From NCBI GenBank assembly GCA_963815095.1, contig CAWFFH010000003.1, positions 96,001 to 160,000 on the forward strand: a stretch of 64,000 nt of DNA, written 5' to 3'. The notes beneath the pieces are model-generated. The model did no database searches, had not been told where the DNA came from, and saw only the letters and a list, made by a program, of their open reading frames with translations. The DNA comes from Candidatus Bathyarchaeota archaeon. Lineage in GTDB: Archaea > Thermoproteota > Bathyarchaeia > Bathyarchaeales > Bathycorpusculaceae. Position 1 is the first letter of the stretch, and every line of letters starts with the position of its first letter. A program made the translations under genes and the position numbers. Shown here piece by piece: positions 32,479-43,051 of this stretch.

Positions 32479-33662
32479 TGATCAATGGAGTGTTGAAATG
32501 TTGCTTTTGAAGGTTACTCATCGATAATGCTAAAACGACGTTAGGTTAGTTGTAGGTAATTTGTGCAATTTTAACGAGTTAACCTGTTTCCTTTCAACCC
32601 TGTTTTCGCTCTAATCGTGTTTTTCTTTCTTTTTGTGGATGTATTGGCTTAGAATTGCATATTACACTTTGGGGTTTGGTTTTGTTTGGTTTTTTGGTTT
32701 AGGCTTTTTTTTGCGTTGGGATTGGGGCGGGCGGTTTTTGGGTTTTTGTGTGCGACAAAAAGTTGTGTTTTGATGTGTGAAGTGTTATGTTTTGTTTGGT
32801 GAAATATGGCGGAATGTTCCAATTTAAGATGGATATGTATGTTGTAAATGGGGTTTTGGTGTGGGGGATATGGCTGGTTTGGATCGGTTTTTGGTAAAGC
32901 GGTTGTGTTTGGGGTTTTTTCGGTTCCATATTTTGTCGTTTTTTGGCGTGTTTTGCCCTGTTTTGGATGGGTTTTGTCGTGTCTGGGAGAATTTTTGATT
33001 TAAAATAGCACATTAACCTTAAGCGTTGGGCTGAGTATAAGCGCATAGATAAGTATGTTAAGAGTTTGAAGCAGACCAAGTGTGAGAGAGATAGGCATTT
33101 GAGGGTTTTGGAGTTGAGGTTTGCAGGTAGAGGGGTTGGGTTGTTTATACTGTTAAGCTGGATTGTATGTTGGGCTGTGTGGGTGTAGTGTGGGGCATGT
33201 TGGATGTATGGTTGGAGTTAACGTTTGTGGTTTGAGCGATTTGTTTTCTGGCAGAGGTAGATGAAGTATGTTGTCGTAAATACTGTTAAGGTCATTTTTA
33301 AGTGAGAGAAGGTATGGGTTTATTTCGATTGCTTTATTAACCAAATTCAAAAAACCATACTGAACAGTTAAAGAGATTGCTCAGCGAATCTATCGTTCAA
33401 CCAACATGGGCAAACATGCGGGGATCAAGAGTAGGAGAAAAATTTTCTTGGCTTGTCAAACGTTGATTCGCCGAGCTTTCCATGGCTTTGCTATCTCGGC
33501 AATCCATACAAAGAACGTAAAGGTCCTTAAAAGTTTCACAAATAATCTATAAACTAAAAAGAAAAATATATACAATAAATATATTTTTTTCAGTGTGTTA
33601 ATCTGGCATTTGTTGAAAGAACAGAGGGTTCGAAGAAAAGGTCAAGTAAAAAATGCAGGTTT

Positions 33663-34574
33663 TCAGCTTTCAGTTATGCCTCTTTCTTTTAGCCATTCTT
33701 TTATTTTTTCGTTGATTTTGTCTCGTATTTCTCGAAATTTGGCTAATTTTTCTTCTTCCGTTCCTTGAAAGGCTGCTGGGTCTTCAAACGGCCAGTACAA
33801 CCTTGTTGACACGCCGGGTATAGTGGGGCACGTCTCTTCTGCTTTTACACAAACCGTTATAACGATTCCGAAGTGTACCTTTCCAAGGTATTGCGATAGG
33901 AGCTTTGTCTGCTGACCACTTAAGTCATATCCCAACTCACTCATAACCTTGAACGTGTAGGGGTGAATGGGTCGCGACTCAAAACCTGCACTGTAAACCT
34001 CAAAACAATCGCCCGCGTATTTCCTTAGAAAGGCTTCTGCCATTTGGCTCCGTGCCGAATTTCCTGTGCATAGAAAAACTACCTTGGTCTTTTGAGGTGC
34101 CTGCTCGCTGAGATAACTGAACTTCTCAACTATCCACTTTTTCATTTCATCCCTTGCACGTCGGAAGGCCTGAAGTTTTTCTTCTTCAGTTCCTTGAACT
34201 TCAGATGGGTCTTCGAAAGGATGGTCCAAATAATCTTTTGCTTTAGGCAGTCTTGAGCGAATTAATTCTGGTCTGCCCATAACTATTGGTGAAGCGCAAA
34301 TGGCACAGTCTATTTTTGAGCCGCTGCGGCAAACTGATACAGCTAAGTCGATGTCGACATCTTTGAAAATGTCAAGGTTCTTAGAATATTGACCAGAAAT
34401 ATCTATTCCTATCTCATCCATAACCTTAATTGCTAATGGATTTACCTGTGTGGGATTAGTTCCGGCACCAAAAACCTCATACTCATCACCGTAAAGAAAT
34501 CTAAGTAGCCCCTCAGCAATCTGAGATCGAGCTGAATTGTGAGTGCACAAAAACAAAACTTTAGTTTTAACCAT
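33663..34574 (-). CDS. arsC: Tandem double-domain arsenate reductase (LMW-PTP fold)
   Basis: Two P-loops (CTHNSARS, CTGNSARS) and two FEDP motifs. Confidence 0.88.
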   Translation of the reverse strand: MVKTKVLFLCTHNSARSQIAEGLLRFLYGDEYEVFGAGTNPTQVNPLAIKVMDEIGIDISGQYSKNLDIFKDVDIDLAVSVCRSGSKIDCAICASPIVMGRPELIRSRLPKAKDYLDHPFEDPSEVQGTEEEKLQAFRRARDEMKKWIVEKFSYLSEQAPQKTKVVFLCTGNSARSQMAEAFLRKYAGDCFEVYSAGFESRPIHPYTFKVMSELGYDLSGQQTKLLSQYLGKVHFGIVITVCVKAEETCPTIPGVSTRLYWPFEDPAAFQGTEEEKLAKFREIRDKINEKIKEWLKERGITES

Positions 34575-34642
34575 TAAGACTCATCCCAACATAATTCTTT
34601 TTGAACCATAAAAATATCATCAATATATTCTACATAGTTGTT

Positions 34643-34990
34643 TCAAACTTCAAGTTGTCCAAAAAGAAAATACTTCCAAGTTCTCTTTTCAAATTGCTTT
34701 TTCAGAAATGCCTTAACCTCGTCCTCGTCCAAGTTCAGAATTCCATTCTTGTCTTTACGTAAAGGTATACCAGTTTCTCTTAATGGTTCACCCTTTGGAA
34801 AATCAAAAAACATAAAATAACGCTTATCATGCAACATCATAATTCTCAGAGTTGAAAGTTCTCGATTTGGAGAGAGGCCATTTTGCTCAAGAATAAAAGT
34901 TATTGACAGCGGTTTCTTTTCCCTAACTAGTCGTTTGTATTCTTCCCAATCTCTTATTCTTACATGACCTTCATCCATCTGATTCGCCAT
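34643..34990 (-). CDS. Hypothetical protein in the arsenic cluster
   Basis: ATG at 34990 closely follows the upstream small ORF; co-oriented with the ars genes. Confidence 0.7.
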   Translation of the reverse strand: MANQMDEGHVRIRDWEEYKRLVREKKPLSITFILEQNGLSPNRELSTLRIMMLHDKRYFMFFDFPKGEPLRETGIPLRKDKNGILNLDEDEVKAFLKKQFEKRTWKYFLFGQLEV

Positions 34991-35001
34991 CAAAAGTAAA
35001 C

Positions 35002-35181
35002 TTAACCCTCGCCACAGGCAACACCGCAATCCATTGAGTTCACGTATTTTTCAGCGTCTTCCTTGTTCTTGAAAGGGCCATAAATAATTTCGTATTGAGG
35101 GTGCGTTTCTTTGCTGGGCTCTATTTCGCTCTCAAATATGGCAGGTTTAAATTTTTCTTTTAATCCAACGTACAGCTTCAT
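35002..35181 (-). CDS. Small protein with C-terminal CxxxC (59 aa, absent from ORF track)
   Basis: MKLYVGLKEKFKPAIFESEIEPSKETHPQYEIIYGPFKNKEDAEKYVNSMDCGVACGEG; starts 5 nt after the arsC stop. Confidence 0.72.
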   Translation of the reverse strand: MKLYVGLKEKFKPAIFESEIEPSKETHPQYEIIYGPFKNKEDAEKYVNSMDCGVACGEG

Positions 35182-35186
35182 GATTG

Positions 35187-35588
35187 TTACTCTTTGAGTT
35201 CTGTAATTAATGCTCGAACTTGGGCCTCGATTTGGTCTCTGATTTCTCGAACTTTCTCTATTGGCTTTCCTTTTGGGTCTTCAAGGTGCCATTCGATTGT
35301 TGGTTTAAAGAAGGGTCCAGGGCAGACTTCTTGGTCGTTGCAGCCCATTGTTACAACCAGGTCTGCCTCGTTTGCCATTTTTGCGGTTATCAGTTTTGGT
35401 TTATTCATTGAGATGTCGATGCCTTTTTCCTTCAAGACTTCTGCTACTACAGGGTTAACTTTTTCTGCTGGCTTGTTGCCGGCACTGGACGCGATTACTT
35501 TTTCGTTTCCGTATTTGGTGGCGAAAGCCTCTGCCATTTGGCTTCTACCCGCGTTCTCCACACAGACGAACAGTATTTTTTTCATCAT
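35187..35588 (-). CDS. arsC: Arsenate reductase (LMW-PTP fold)
   Basis: [22 protein letters not shown]. Confidence 0.92.
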   Translation of the reverse strand: MMKKILFVCVENAGRSQMAEAFATKYGNEKVIASSAGNKPAEKVNPVVAEVLKEKGIDISMNKPKLITAKMANEADLVVTMGCNDQEVCPGPFFKPTIEWHLEDPKGKPIEKVREIRDQIEAQVRALITELKE

Positions 35589-36670
35589 TCATTCTCCTTG
35601 CCTTTGAAATACTTCTTTCTTATCCAAAATGCGACGTTTACCAAGCTTATCATGACAGGTACTTCTATTAGCGGTCCGATAACTGCTGCGAAAGCGACTT
35701 GTGAAGCTAATCCAAAAACCGCGACTGCAACAGCAATGGCTAATTCAAAATTGTTGCTTGCTGCAGTGAAGGAAAGCGCAGTTGTTCTTTTGTAACCCAG
35801 TTTTGAATAGTACCCTATTGTAAATGCTACAGCAAACATTACTACAAAGTATACTAGGAGTGGGATGGCAACTCGGACAACATCCAAAGGTAAATTTACG
35901 ATGTACTGGCCTTTGAGTGAAAACATAACAACGATTGTGAATAGCAATGCAATGAGCGACATGTGGCTTAATCTGTGCATAAATTTGTGGTCATACCATT
36001 CTTTGCATTTCTTTCTTAGGAAGTAGTATCGGGTAATAACCCCGCCGACGAACGGGATGCCTAAGTAAATTGCAACTGATTCTGCGACTTGAATTAGGGA
36101 AATATTTACGACTTGTCCGGAGCCTCCCGAAATCCAGGAGCTGGCGATGGTTATGTAAAAGTACGCGAGAACTGAATACATTACAATCTGGAAAATAGAG
36201 TTAATTGCAACTAGTATGGCGGTCCATTCGTTGTCGCCCTCTGCAAGATTATTCCACACTATAACCATGGCGATACATCTTGCGATGCCGATCAGGATGA
36301 TGCCGTCTCTGAGTTCAGGATATCCCCCAAGGAACACCCAGGCCAGTACAAACATCAGTAATGGTCCAATTACCCAGTTAAGAATGAGCGACTCCGTGAG
36401 CATAATCTTTGCGCCTTTGGAGGTTACCACTTTTCCTAAGTCTTCATAGCGAACTCTTGCAAGTGGAGGATACATCATTAAAATCAAGCCTATGGCGATG
36501 GGGATTGAGGTTGTTCCAATACTCAATGCGCCTATGTCGGTGGATATTCTTGGATAGATGTAGCCTATTGTGATGCCTATTGCCATTGCCAAGAATATCC
36601 AGACTGTGAGAAATTTGCTTAGCCACGAAAGGTGGGGTTTAGGCTTGTTGGCTGTGGAAGGTACGCACAT
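35585..36670 (-). CDS. acr3: ACR3-family arsenite efflux transporter
   Basis: [28 protein letters not shown]. Confidence 0.96.
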   Translation of the reverse strand: MCVPSTANKPKPHLSWLSKFLTVWIFLAMAIGITIGYIYPRISTDIGALSIGTTSIPIAIGLILMMYPPLARVRYEDLGKVVTSKGAKIMLTESLILNWVIGPLLMFVLAWVFLGGYPELRDGIILIGIARCIAMVIVWNNLAEGDNEWTAILVAINSIFQIVMYSVLAYFYITIASSWISGGSGQVVNISLIQVAESVAIYLGIPFVGGVITRYYFLRKKCKEWYDHKFMHRLSHMSLIALLFTIVVMFSLKGQYIVNLPLDVVRVAIPLLVYFVVMFAVAFTIGYYSKLGYKRTTALSFTAASNNFELAIAVAVAVFGLASQVAFAAVIGPLIEVPVMISLVNVAFWIRKKYFKGKENE

Positions 36671-36819
36671 ATTGTTTACCAGTTTTCTTGCTCGTTACTT
36701 CAAAGTTGAAGGGGTGCCTTTTGCTTTCTAGCATTGATTTTGAACACCATTGTGGGGTAATCAAGGGGTCTTGTTTTTTTGTCGTTTCCTAAAACCTTTT
36801 GCATAAAAAGCAAACTATA

Positions 36820-36845
36820 CATAACAATATTTAAATATTGTTGTG
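36820..36845. promoter_or_regulatory. Putative ArsR operator overlapping a TATA box
   Basis: CATAACAATATTTAAATATTGTTGTG; perfect 20-bp palindrome 36823-36842 centred on TTTAAA, between divergent acr3 and arsR. Confidence 0.7.
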
Positions 36846-36859
36846 ATTAATTGTTAATT

Positions 36860-37189
36860 ATGCCTTTACAACAAGAGAACAAAAACAGATTTAAATCAAA
36901 AATCTTTTACGCATTATCCGACACAATTAGACTTGATATTATAGAATTTTTACGAGATGGAGAAAAATGCGTTTGCGAAATTGTTCCCCAACTAAACTTA
37001 ATTCAACCACTTGTTTCACGCCATCTAAAAATTCTGAAAGAAACAGGGATAATTAGTTGCCGAAAAGATGGAACAAAAAGGATGTATTCAATTGTTGACC
37101 AAAAAATATTCACAATTATTGACAATATAACTCCTGAGTTTGCAGACGCTCTCAGAGTTGAGATTCTAAAACAAATAGTTTGCACATAA
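36860..37189 (+). CDS. arsR: ArsR/SmtB-family regulator
   Basis: ALSD..RL.I..L..GEKCVCEI..QPLVSRHLKIL. Confidence 0.93.
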   Translation: MPLQQENKNRFKSKIFYALSDTIRLDIIEFLRDGEKCVCEIVPQLNLIQPLVSRHLKILKETGIISCRKDGTKRMYSIVDQKIFTIIDNITPEFADALRVEILKQIVCT

Positions 37190-37220
37190 GGAAAAATAAT
37201 GAAAACATGAGGAGATATGT

Positions 37221-37979
37221 GTGAAAAATAAGAACGAAAATGTAAAAGGAGTCGTTAAAAAGGCATATTCGAAAATAGCTAGTGGCAACAACTCTTGTTG
37301 TTCCTGTGGCTGTACGGGTTCCGATACTCAAACAGCAAAAAGAATATCAAAGGAAATTGGCTATTCAGACGCCGAAATAAATGCTGTTCCAGAAGCAAAC
37401 TTAGGATTAGGCTGTGGAAACCCAACTGCCTTAGGAAAAATAAAAGAGGGCGATGTAGTGTTGGATTTGGGAAGCGGCGCAGGATTTGACTGTTTCTTAG
37501 CCTCAAAGAAAGTGGGCAAAACAGGTAAAGTCATAGGATTAGATATGACTGAAGAAATGGTAACTAAAGCAAGAAGTCTTGCAAAAAAACATCAATACTT
37601 GAATGTTGAATTCAAGCTTGGTGACATAGAAAAAATGCCCGTTGATAATGACTCAGTTGACGTAATAATTAGCAATTGTGTCATTAACTTAGCCCCCGAC
37701 AAGTTAAAGGTGTTCAAAGAAGCTTATCGTGTCCTTAAAATCGGGGGCAAAATGTACGTTTCCGACATCGTTCTTCTGGGTAAGCTTACTGAAGAGCAAT
37801 TAAATGATGAAGACTTGCTTTCGGGTTGTGTTGCAGGTGCTTTGCAGAAGGAAGATTATCTGAAAAAGATTGAGCTGGCAGGTTTTAAGGTAAACGTTAT
37901 CTCTGAAGACAAGGAAATAAGCAAGACCCAGTATAACGGGTTAGCTCTTGAGAGTCTCAAGATTGAAGCATTAAAGTAA
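37221..37979 (+). CDS. arsM: Arsenite methyltransferase
   Basis: Cys-rich N-terminus, [31 protein letters not shown]. Confidence 0.94.
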   Translation: MKNKNENVKGVVKKAYSKIASGNNSCCSCGCTGSDTQTAKRISKEIGYSDAEINAVPEANLGLGCGNPTALGKIKEGDVVLDLGSGAGFDCFLASKKVGKTGKVIGLDMTEEMVTKARSLAKKHQYLNVEFKLGDIEKMPVDNDSVDVIISNCVINLAPDKLKVFKEAYRVLKIGGKMYVSDIVLLGKLTEEQLNDEDLLSGCVAGALQKEDYLKKIELAGFKVNVISEDKEISKTQYNGLALESLKIEALK

Positions 37980-38423
37980 TTCCAGCCTTTATTTTTGTTA
38001 AAAATAATTTTGCCTCCTTTAAAGAAGGTAATTCCAAAAGGGATCCTTCTTTCGGTTAACTAAATTCAATTTAAGGAGAAGTAAAAAATTTTCTTCTGCA
38101 GAAAGATGCAATTATCTTCGAGGCTTCTGAAAGACAAGTCGCTCACCAGCTTCCATATTTTGGACAATAGCAGATATAGAATATGCTGGGTACCTAAGAG
38201 TTGTCTTCCTCATAAGAATAGGGGGAAATTGAAAAATGTCAAAATTTAATTAACTAAAGCCGCGTTCGGTATGATACAGAAAGGGATCACAGATAGAACA
38301 AAAAACCTTTGGATGAGGAGAGCCTTGACTAGGATATGGACTATCAGTTCTATATATTTTATTTTGAGAGCTTTTATTTGCAACTTATCGGTAATTAATT
38401 GATAATTTAGATAGTGATTCGTT

Positions 38424-38708
38424 ATGTTGAAAACTAAGCTTGAAATGTACGTTGGCGTTCTCAAGATTTTAGCTCAAAATGATTCCGTTAAAACCGGCAA
38501 TATTGAATATAGGCTCAACCTAAGCAACGACGAACTGAAAATATACTTAGGCTTTCTTTTGAAGCAAGGATTGGTTGATGAACAAAAACTAAGGAATACA
38601 AGAGTGGCTTACTTGATTACACAGCGAGGCATTGGAGTTATTAAATTCTTTAAGGAACTAAAACAAGAGCTTCCAATAACCAAGGAGATCAGCACTTCTT
38701 ACGGTTAA
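38424..38708 (+). CDS. Small archaeal winged-helix protein
   Basis: KLEMY..LKIL..NL....LK.YL.FL.KQGLV..Y.ITQRG pattern. Confidence 0.75.
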   Translation: MLKTKLEMYVGVLKILAQNDSVKTGNIEYRLNLSNDELKIYLGFLLKQGLVDEQKLRNTRVAYLITQRGIGVIKFFKELKQELPITKEISTSYG

Positions 38709-38920
38709 GCAGGCGTCATAAATCATTTCTTGAATATTAGTGGAACATGGAGCTATATGAATTTGTTAGTTGATTAATCGAAAAAGAAAATGTGGTTTTT
38801 TTGGCAAACCTTCGCTATGTGCCATTGATAGTGTATTAAGCCTTAAGTTTGGCTATATAGAATATGCTGAATAGCTCTAAAAACAGCGTTGCTTTCTAAG
38901 AACCCAAAAAAACGGAGAAT

Positions 38921-39067
38921 ATGATAATGTACAAAACCATAATTTTAGATTGCCAAAATACCGCAGTTGTTATTTCTTGCGATGATTGCATCGCGTATAA
39001 GAACTGTAAAATGTCTAAGAAAAATGACGAAGATTTTGTTATTTCAGCCATTGGTAGTTTGCAATAA
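38921..39067 (+). CDS. Small Cys-rich protein (48 aa, absent from ORF track)
   Basis: GGAG SD then MIMYKTIILDCQNTAVVISCDDCIAYKNCKMSKKNDEDFVISAIGSLQ. Confidence 0.5.
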   Translation: MIMYKTIILDCQNTAVVISCDDCIAYKNCKMSKKNDEDFVISAIGSLQ

Positions 39068-39208
39068 GATTTCCCAGTAACATTGATTTTTCTTTTGTTT
39101 ATTTTTGTCGGTACTTGGCTGATTCTCAAAAAGACAAGTGAAAATAGTTAATCACAAACCTTTTATCGACATTGCCTAAACAAGAGCTAACAAGGGAGTT
39201 TGGAATTT

Positions 39209-39784
39209 ATGACTGAGGAATCTGGAGTAGAAAGCGGTTCAGACTGGCAGAGATTCATAAGAAAACACTGGAGAATTGTTGCTGGGTTTGCAGTTGCGGG
39301 CATATTAGTATTCATCGGTGCTGTCTATGTTTTCTTGTGGTTCACAGCCGACGCTCAAACCACTGGTATAGTGCCTTCAACTTTAGGTCTTTGGTCAATG
39401 GCGAACGTCGTGTCGTTTGTTTTGCATTTGATTTTTTGGGAACTCGTGATAATAGGTATTCCAGCAGTCATTGGAGCTGTGGTTGGTTGGCAATGGTGGA
39501 AAAGACTTCCTGATGTGGAAAAGAGAGAATATCATTTATCCGGAAAACGCTCACGCTCCAGAAATGCAGGTGGAGCTGTTTCTCCTTTGCTATTCATTGC
39601 CTTCGCACTCAAGGTATACGTTGACGGAAACTGGAATGTGGCTATCTCAACTTACACTTTAGACTATGTTGTAGGATCAATGATTACAATACTAGTTTGG
39701 ATTGTTGCTATATTTGGGATTCCAGCAATTATTGGAATTATCTGGTGGTTAACCCGAGGAATGAAGAAGAAGCCACTATCTTAG
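39209..39784 (+). CDS. Hypothetical membrane protein (about 4 TM, Trp-rich)
   Basis: Hydrophobic helices; GGGAG SD upstream. Confidence 0.8.
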   Translation: MTEESGVESGSDWQRFIRKHWRIVAGFAVAGILVFIGAVYVFLWFTADAQTTGIVPSTLGLWSMANVVSFVLHLIFWELVIIGIPAVIGAVVGWQWWKRLPDVEKREYHLSGKRSRSRNAGGAVSPLLFIAFALKVYVDGNWNVAISTYTLDYVVGSMITILVWIVAIFGIPAIIGIIWWLTRGMKKKPLS

Positions 39785-40174
39785 AAACCAGACCCATTAA
39801 TTAAAGCGAGTATAAACTCGTCTCTTTCTGTAAATTATAGATAATCTTCATAGACTATATCGATTCGCTTTATCTTGTCCTTTTACAATGTTGAGCTTGC
39901 AAAGCAAGTCCCTTTTGGGTCACTGGCAGGGAAACTCCTATCAACTCCTTCAATGAATCATCCACGCCCTGTCAGTGACCAATTAGATTCATAGTCTGGA
40001 GATGATAAAATGATAAAACATAATACTCTAAAACCACGTTCAGTCTGTGATACAGAAAGAGACCGCAGACAAAACAAAGACCCTTTAAAAGCAGAAAATC
40101 TTGAATAGTTCACTATTTTTTAGGACAAAGTTAATTATAATTACAGGTAGATTGGCAAACGGAGAATTTGTGCA

Positions 40175-40387
40175 TTGGTGGTTTCGAGTAAACTCTTTGT
40201 TTGCCCAAAGTGTGGCAACCAGAATTTATCTATTTTTAGAAAAACATATGAGCAAATAATAATTGTTTTCTGTAGCAGTTGCAATTTTAAATCTTCGTTT
40301 GAACTTTCAATGGAAGCTTACTATGACACAAATAAGTCGTGGGAAGAGTTTTCGGCAAAATACAAACAAAGCACATGTCGTCAGTGA
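40175..40387 (+). CDS. Small Zn-ribbon protein (Elf1-like)
   Basis: FVCPKCG..CSSC, resembling transcription elongation factor Elf1. Confidence 0.6.
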   Translation: MVVSSKLFVCPKCGNQNLSIFRKTYEQIIIVFCSSCNFKSSFELSMEAYYDTNKSWEEFSAKYKQSTCRQ

Positions 40388-40489
40388 TAATAGACAACAA
40401 AGAATTAGCCCTTCAAGTACAAAATAAATCTGCTCTTTGATTCTTTAAGTGGAAAAAAGGAGAGGTGGTGTTATTGGCTTGTTACACTA

Positions 40490-41994
40490 CTACACTATGC
40501 GGCAATCGCGAATTTGGGTATTGCCTTTAGTGTCCACGTAAACTCTGTAGGAGCCAACAGTATAGGTGCCTGCTGCATTGTTGTTAATGCTAAAAGTCTC
40601 CGTCAAGGGTCGTATTGAACCATCTGCAAGCTTTTGTGTAACGGTGATCGTGAGGTCATTCTTATTGCCATTAAGCTGTGTCACATGAGCCGATGGAGTA
40701 GCAACTATAGTTTTGTCGATTGTATAAGAGTCGATCACTTTGAGACTGTTGTCAGCGTTGACTTGATAGGTAGTGCAGGTGAAGGTGTTAACTGTCATGT
40801 CCACAATGCTGAACTCAGGGAGGTTTTCTTGGTGCATAACCGCTGTGTATGCATGCTGTTGGGCTAAGGTGTAGTATTTCTGTCCGCTCGCAGAGTTCAA
40901 ACTGAAATAGACAGTACCGGTCGGGTCAACAGAAGCGCCGTTAGCGTTGAAAGTCTCAGGCTGCATACCCATGTCGTTGGAGGTGGCGGGGCTACCAGAA
41001 TATTTCATAGGATAGGAACGGCTGTAGGAATGGTCATGTCCGTTGAATACGACGTCTATTCCGAACTCATCAATGACAGGAACATAGGCATCCCTGTAGG
41101 CTTTGCCGTCTGAGAGGGCGTGTGCGCTACCCTGGCCGTATACGTCAAAGTGGAAAGTAAGAATCCTCCAAGTTGCATCCGGATTGGCGTTAATCGCATT
41201 TTGCAAAAAGTTACTCATGCCGGCTTGGTCAACGAGGCCACCGTAGTTGACGTTCCATACCATAAACAGGGCGTCGCCGTATCTGTACCAATAATTCTGA
41301 TGACTGTCGGCGTTGGGGGGATTAAAGAAGTCAAAGTTTGCTATGCTTGAGCCTTCGTGGTTACCCATGCAGGTGGCTAGAGGCAAAGACGAGAAGGTTT
41401 GCTGTGGCGTGAAGAAGTAACTATACTGCGCATTTGCTGTACTAGTGGGGGAGTTGTTGTTGATGTTATCGCCAGTGCTGGCCATGAAAGCTAAATCTGT
41501 TTCTACTTTAAGAGCTAAGTTCAAAGTGTTGTTCCAACTGTTGCCGTATGCTTGAGACGAAACCTGTGGGTCGCCGAATACTAGATAGCTGAAAGATTCA
41601 GGATTGGTTATCTTAGTAGTGTAGTTTATAGTCCAGTCACCGTTCCCGTCGCCTAGCTGATAAGTGTAGGTGGTATTGGGTTCGAGTCCCGTTACGGTTA
41701 CTCTGTTATAGTATATTGTGCTAAAGGTTGATGGCAAGGCACTACATGTACCGGTGAACTCAATTGGTACATTATTTTGTATCCATATACGAACAATAGG
41801 GTTGTCCGAGGCTGTGGTGTGCCATGAAAAATTGAGCTGAGTCGCATCCGAGCCAGGAGACAGCGACAGATAGTTTACATTCAGAGTTGTTGCTGCAGTA
41901 GCAAACGGCAATGCAACCGCTATCATGCTAAAAAAAAGCATATAGTCAGTGTAATACATAACATTTTTTTAGTATTTTTTGTTTGTAGTTTCAT
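40490..41994 (-). CDS. Secreted purple-acid-phosphatase-family metallophosphoesterase; probable frameshift in the signal peptide
   Basis: FN3-like N-domain, GDPQ, TGD, GNHE, GHDHSYSRS; ATG 41994 gives MKLQTKNTKKMLCITLTICFFFSMIAVALPFATA if the T8 run (41930-41937) has one more base. Confidence 0.85.
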
Positions 41995-42577
41995 TTCGTT
42001 TTACCCACATAAATTTAGGAAAGCAAACGCTCTCCAAACCGCTTTTATTCAAAAATAAGTACAAAAAGACTTTCTTAGTAGTATCAATACCCCATAATAT
42101 TATCTATAATCTATTTGGGGAATAGCTTAATTGGTTGTTTTTGGAAGGGTTAGTTGCGTAAGCACGCAACTTCTCTAAATTCGGTGAGTTGCAGAGCATG
42201 GAATCCGTAAAGCCACCACATTGATATAGCCATTTTTATCCACCTGATCTGCGACCATACGTGCAGACAAATTTGCACTCAAAATTCTTGCGTGGAATTG
42301 CTTAAAAGCAAGCGCTTTTTAGTGTAATTTATCGGGTTAACCTCTTGCAAGTACCGACTCAAGAGAAAAAGCCAGATCAACCAAACGAAAATAAAACTGA
42401 ATAATAAAAAAAGCAAGCAATCAAGTGTAAACTTTTTCCCCTATTTAGATAAACTCTCACCAACCAAAGTTTGGCTAAATAATTGGAAAGCTTTGCAGTT
42501 TCTATATAGTTACTAAAGAATACACACGTATTTCTTAATTGATTCAATGGTCAAAACATAAAGCAGGGATGAGGAAC

Positions 42578-42781
42578 ATGGAAATATCAAATGAGACAAT
42601 AATTTTTTCTTGCCCTGGGGGTTTGAAAAGTTTTGAATTTGACTTAGTTGGAGAACACCAATTAGTCTCGTGTCCTTTGTGCGGAATAGAATTCATAACA
42701 GTGAAAAAAGGACAAACCCTTCTGCTTGAATCATTTGAAGTTAACCAAAACGAAAACATGGCACAAGCCTTAATGAGGTGA
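42578..42781 (+). CDS. Small Zn-ribbon protein (LysW-like fold, no EDWGE tail)
   Basis: CPGG..FEFD.V.E.QLVSCPLCG; GAGGA SD. Confidence 0.6.
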   Translation: MEISNETIIFSCPGGLKSFEFDLVGEHQLVSCPLCGIEFITVKKGQTLLLESFEVNQNENMAQALMR

Positions 42782-42788
42782 AAAACTG

Positions 42789-42944
42789 ATGCAAGTAAAA
42801 TGTAGTGGATGCGAAAAAAAATTCGACGTCTTTCCAGAAATCTTTGGAAACTACGAAATAATATTCTGCCCAGTCTGCGGATTACACCATCAAGTTATCA
42901 AAAAAATAAACCACACAACAGTGAAATCAATCCAGTACGCATAA
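42789..42944 (+). CDS. Small Zn-ribbon protein (51 aa, absent from ORF track)
   Basis: GAGGTGA SD; MQVKCSGCEKKFDVFPEIFGNYEIIFCPVCGLHHQVIKKINHTTVKSIQYA. Confidence 0.68.
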   Translation: MQVKCSGCEKKFDVFPEIFGNYEIIFCPVCGLHHQVIKKINHTTVKSIQYA

Positions 42945-43051
42945 ATCAAAACGAATATCCCTAATTCTTTGATAAACCAATCAAAGAAAAAGGACTTTTA
43001 TCCACCCGAGTACCAGAAAAATCTTAATTACATAGGCAGGTATTTTGCTTT

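Noticed and set aside
32699-33350. ORFs 32699-33079 and 33153-33350; also a replication origin
   Set aside because: Composition merely reflects the strand skew; no ORB-like repeats or cdc6/orc1 gene recognised
42578-42944. Genuine LysW carrier proteins
   Set aside because: No C-terminal EDWGE and no lys/arg biosynthesis genes nearby
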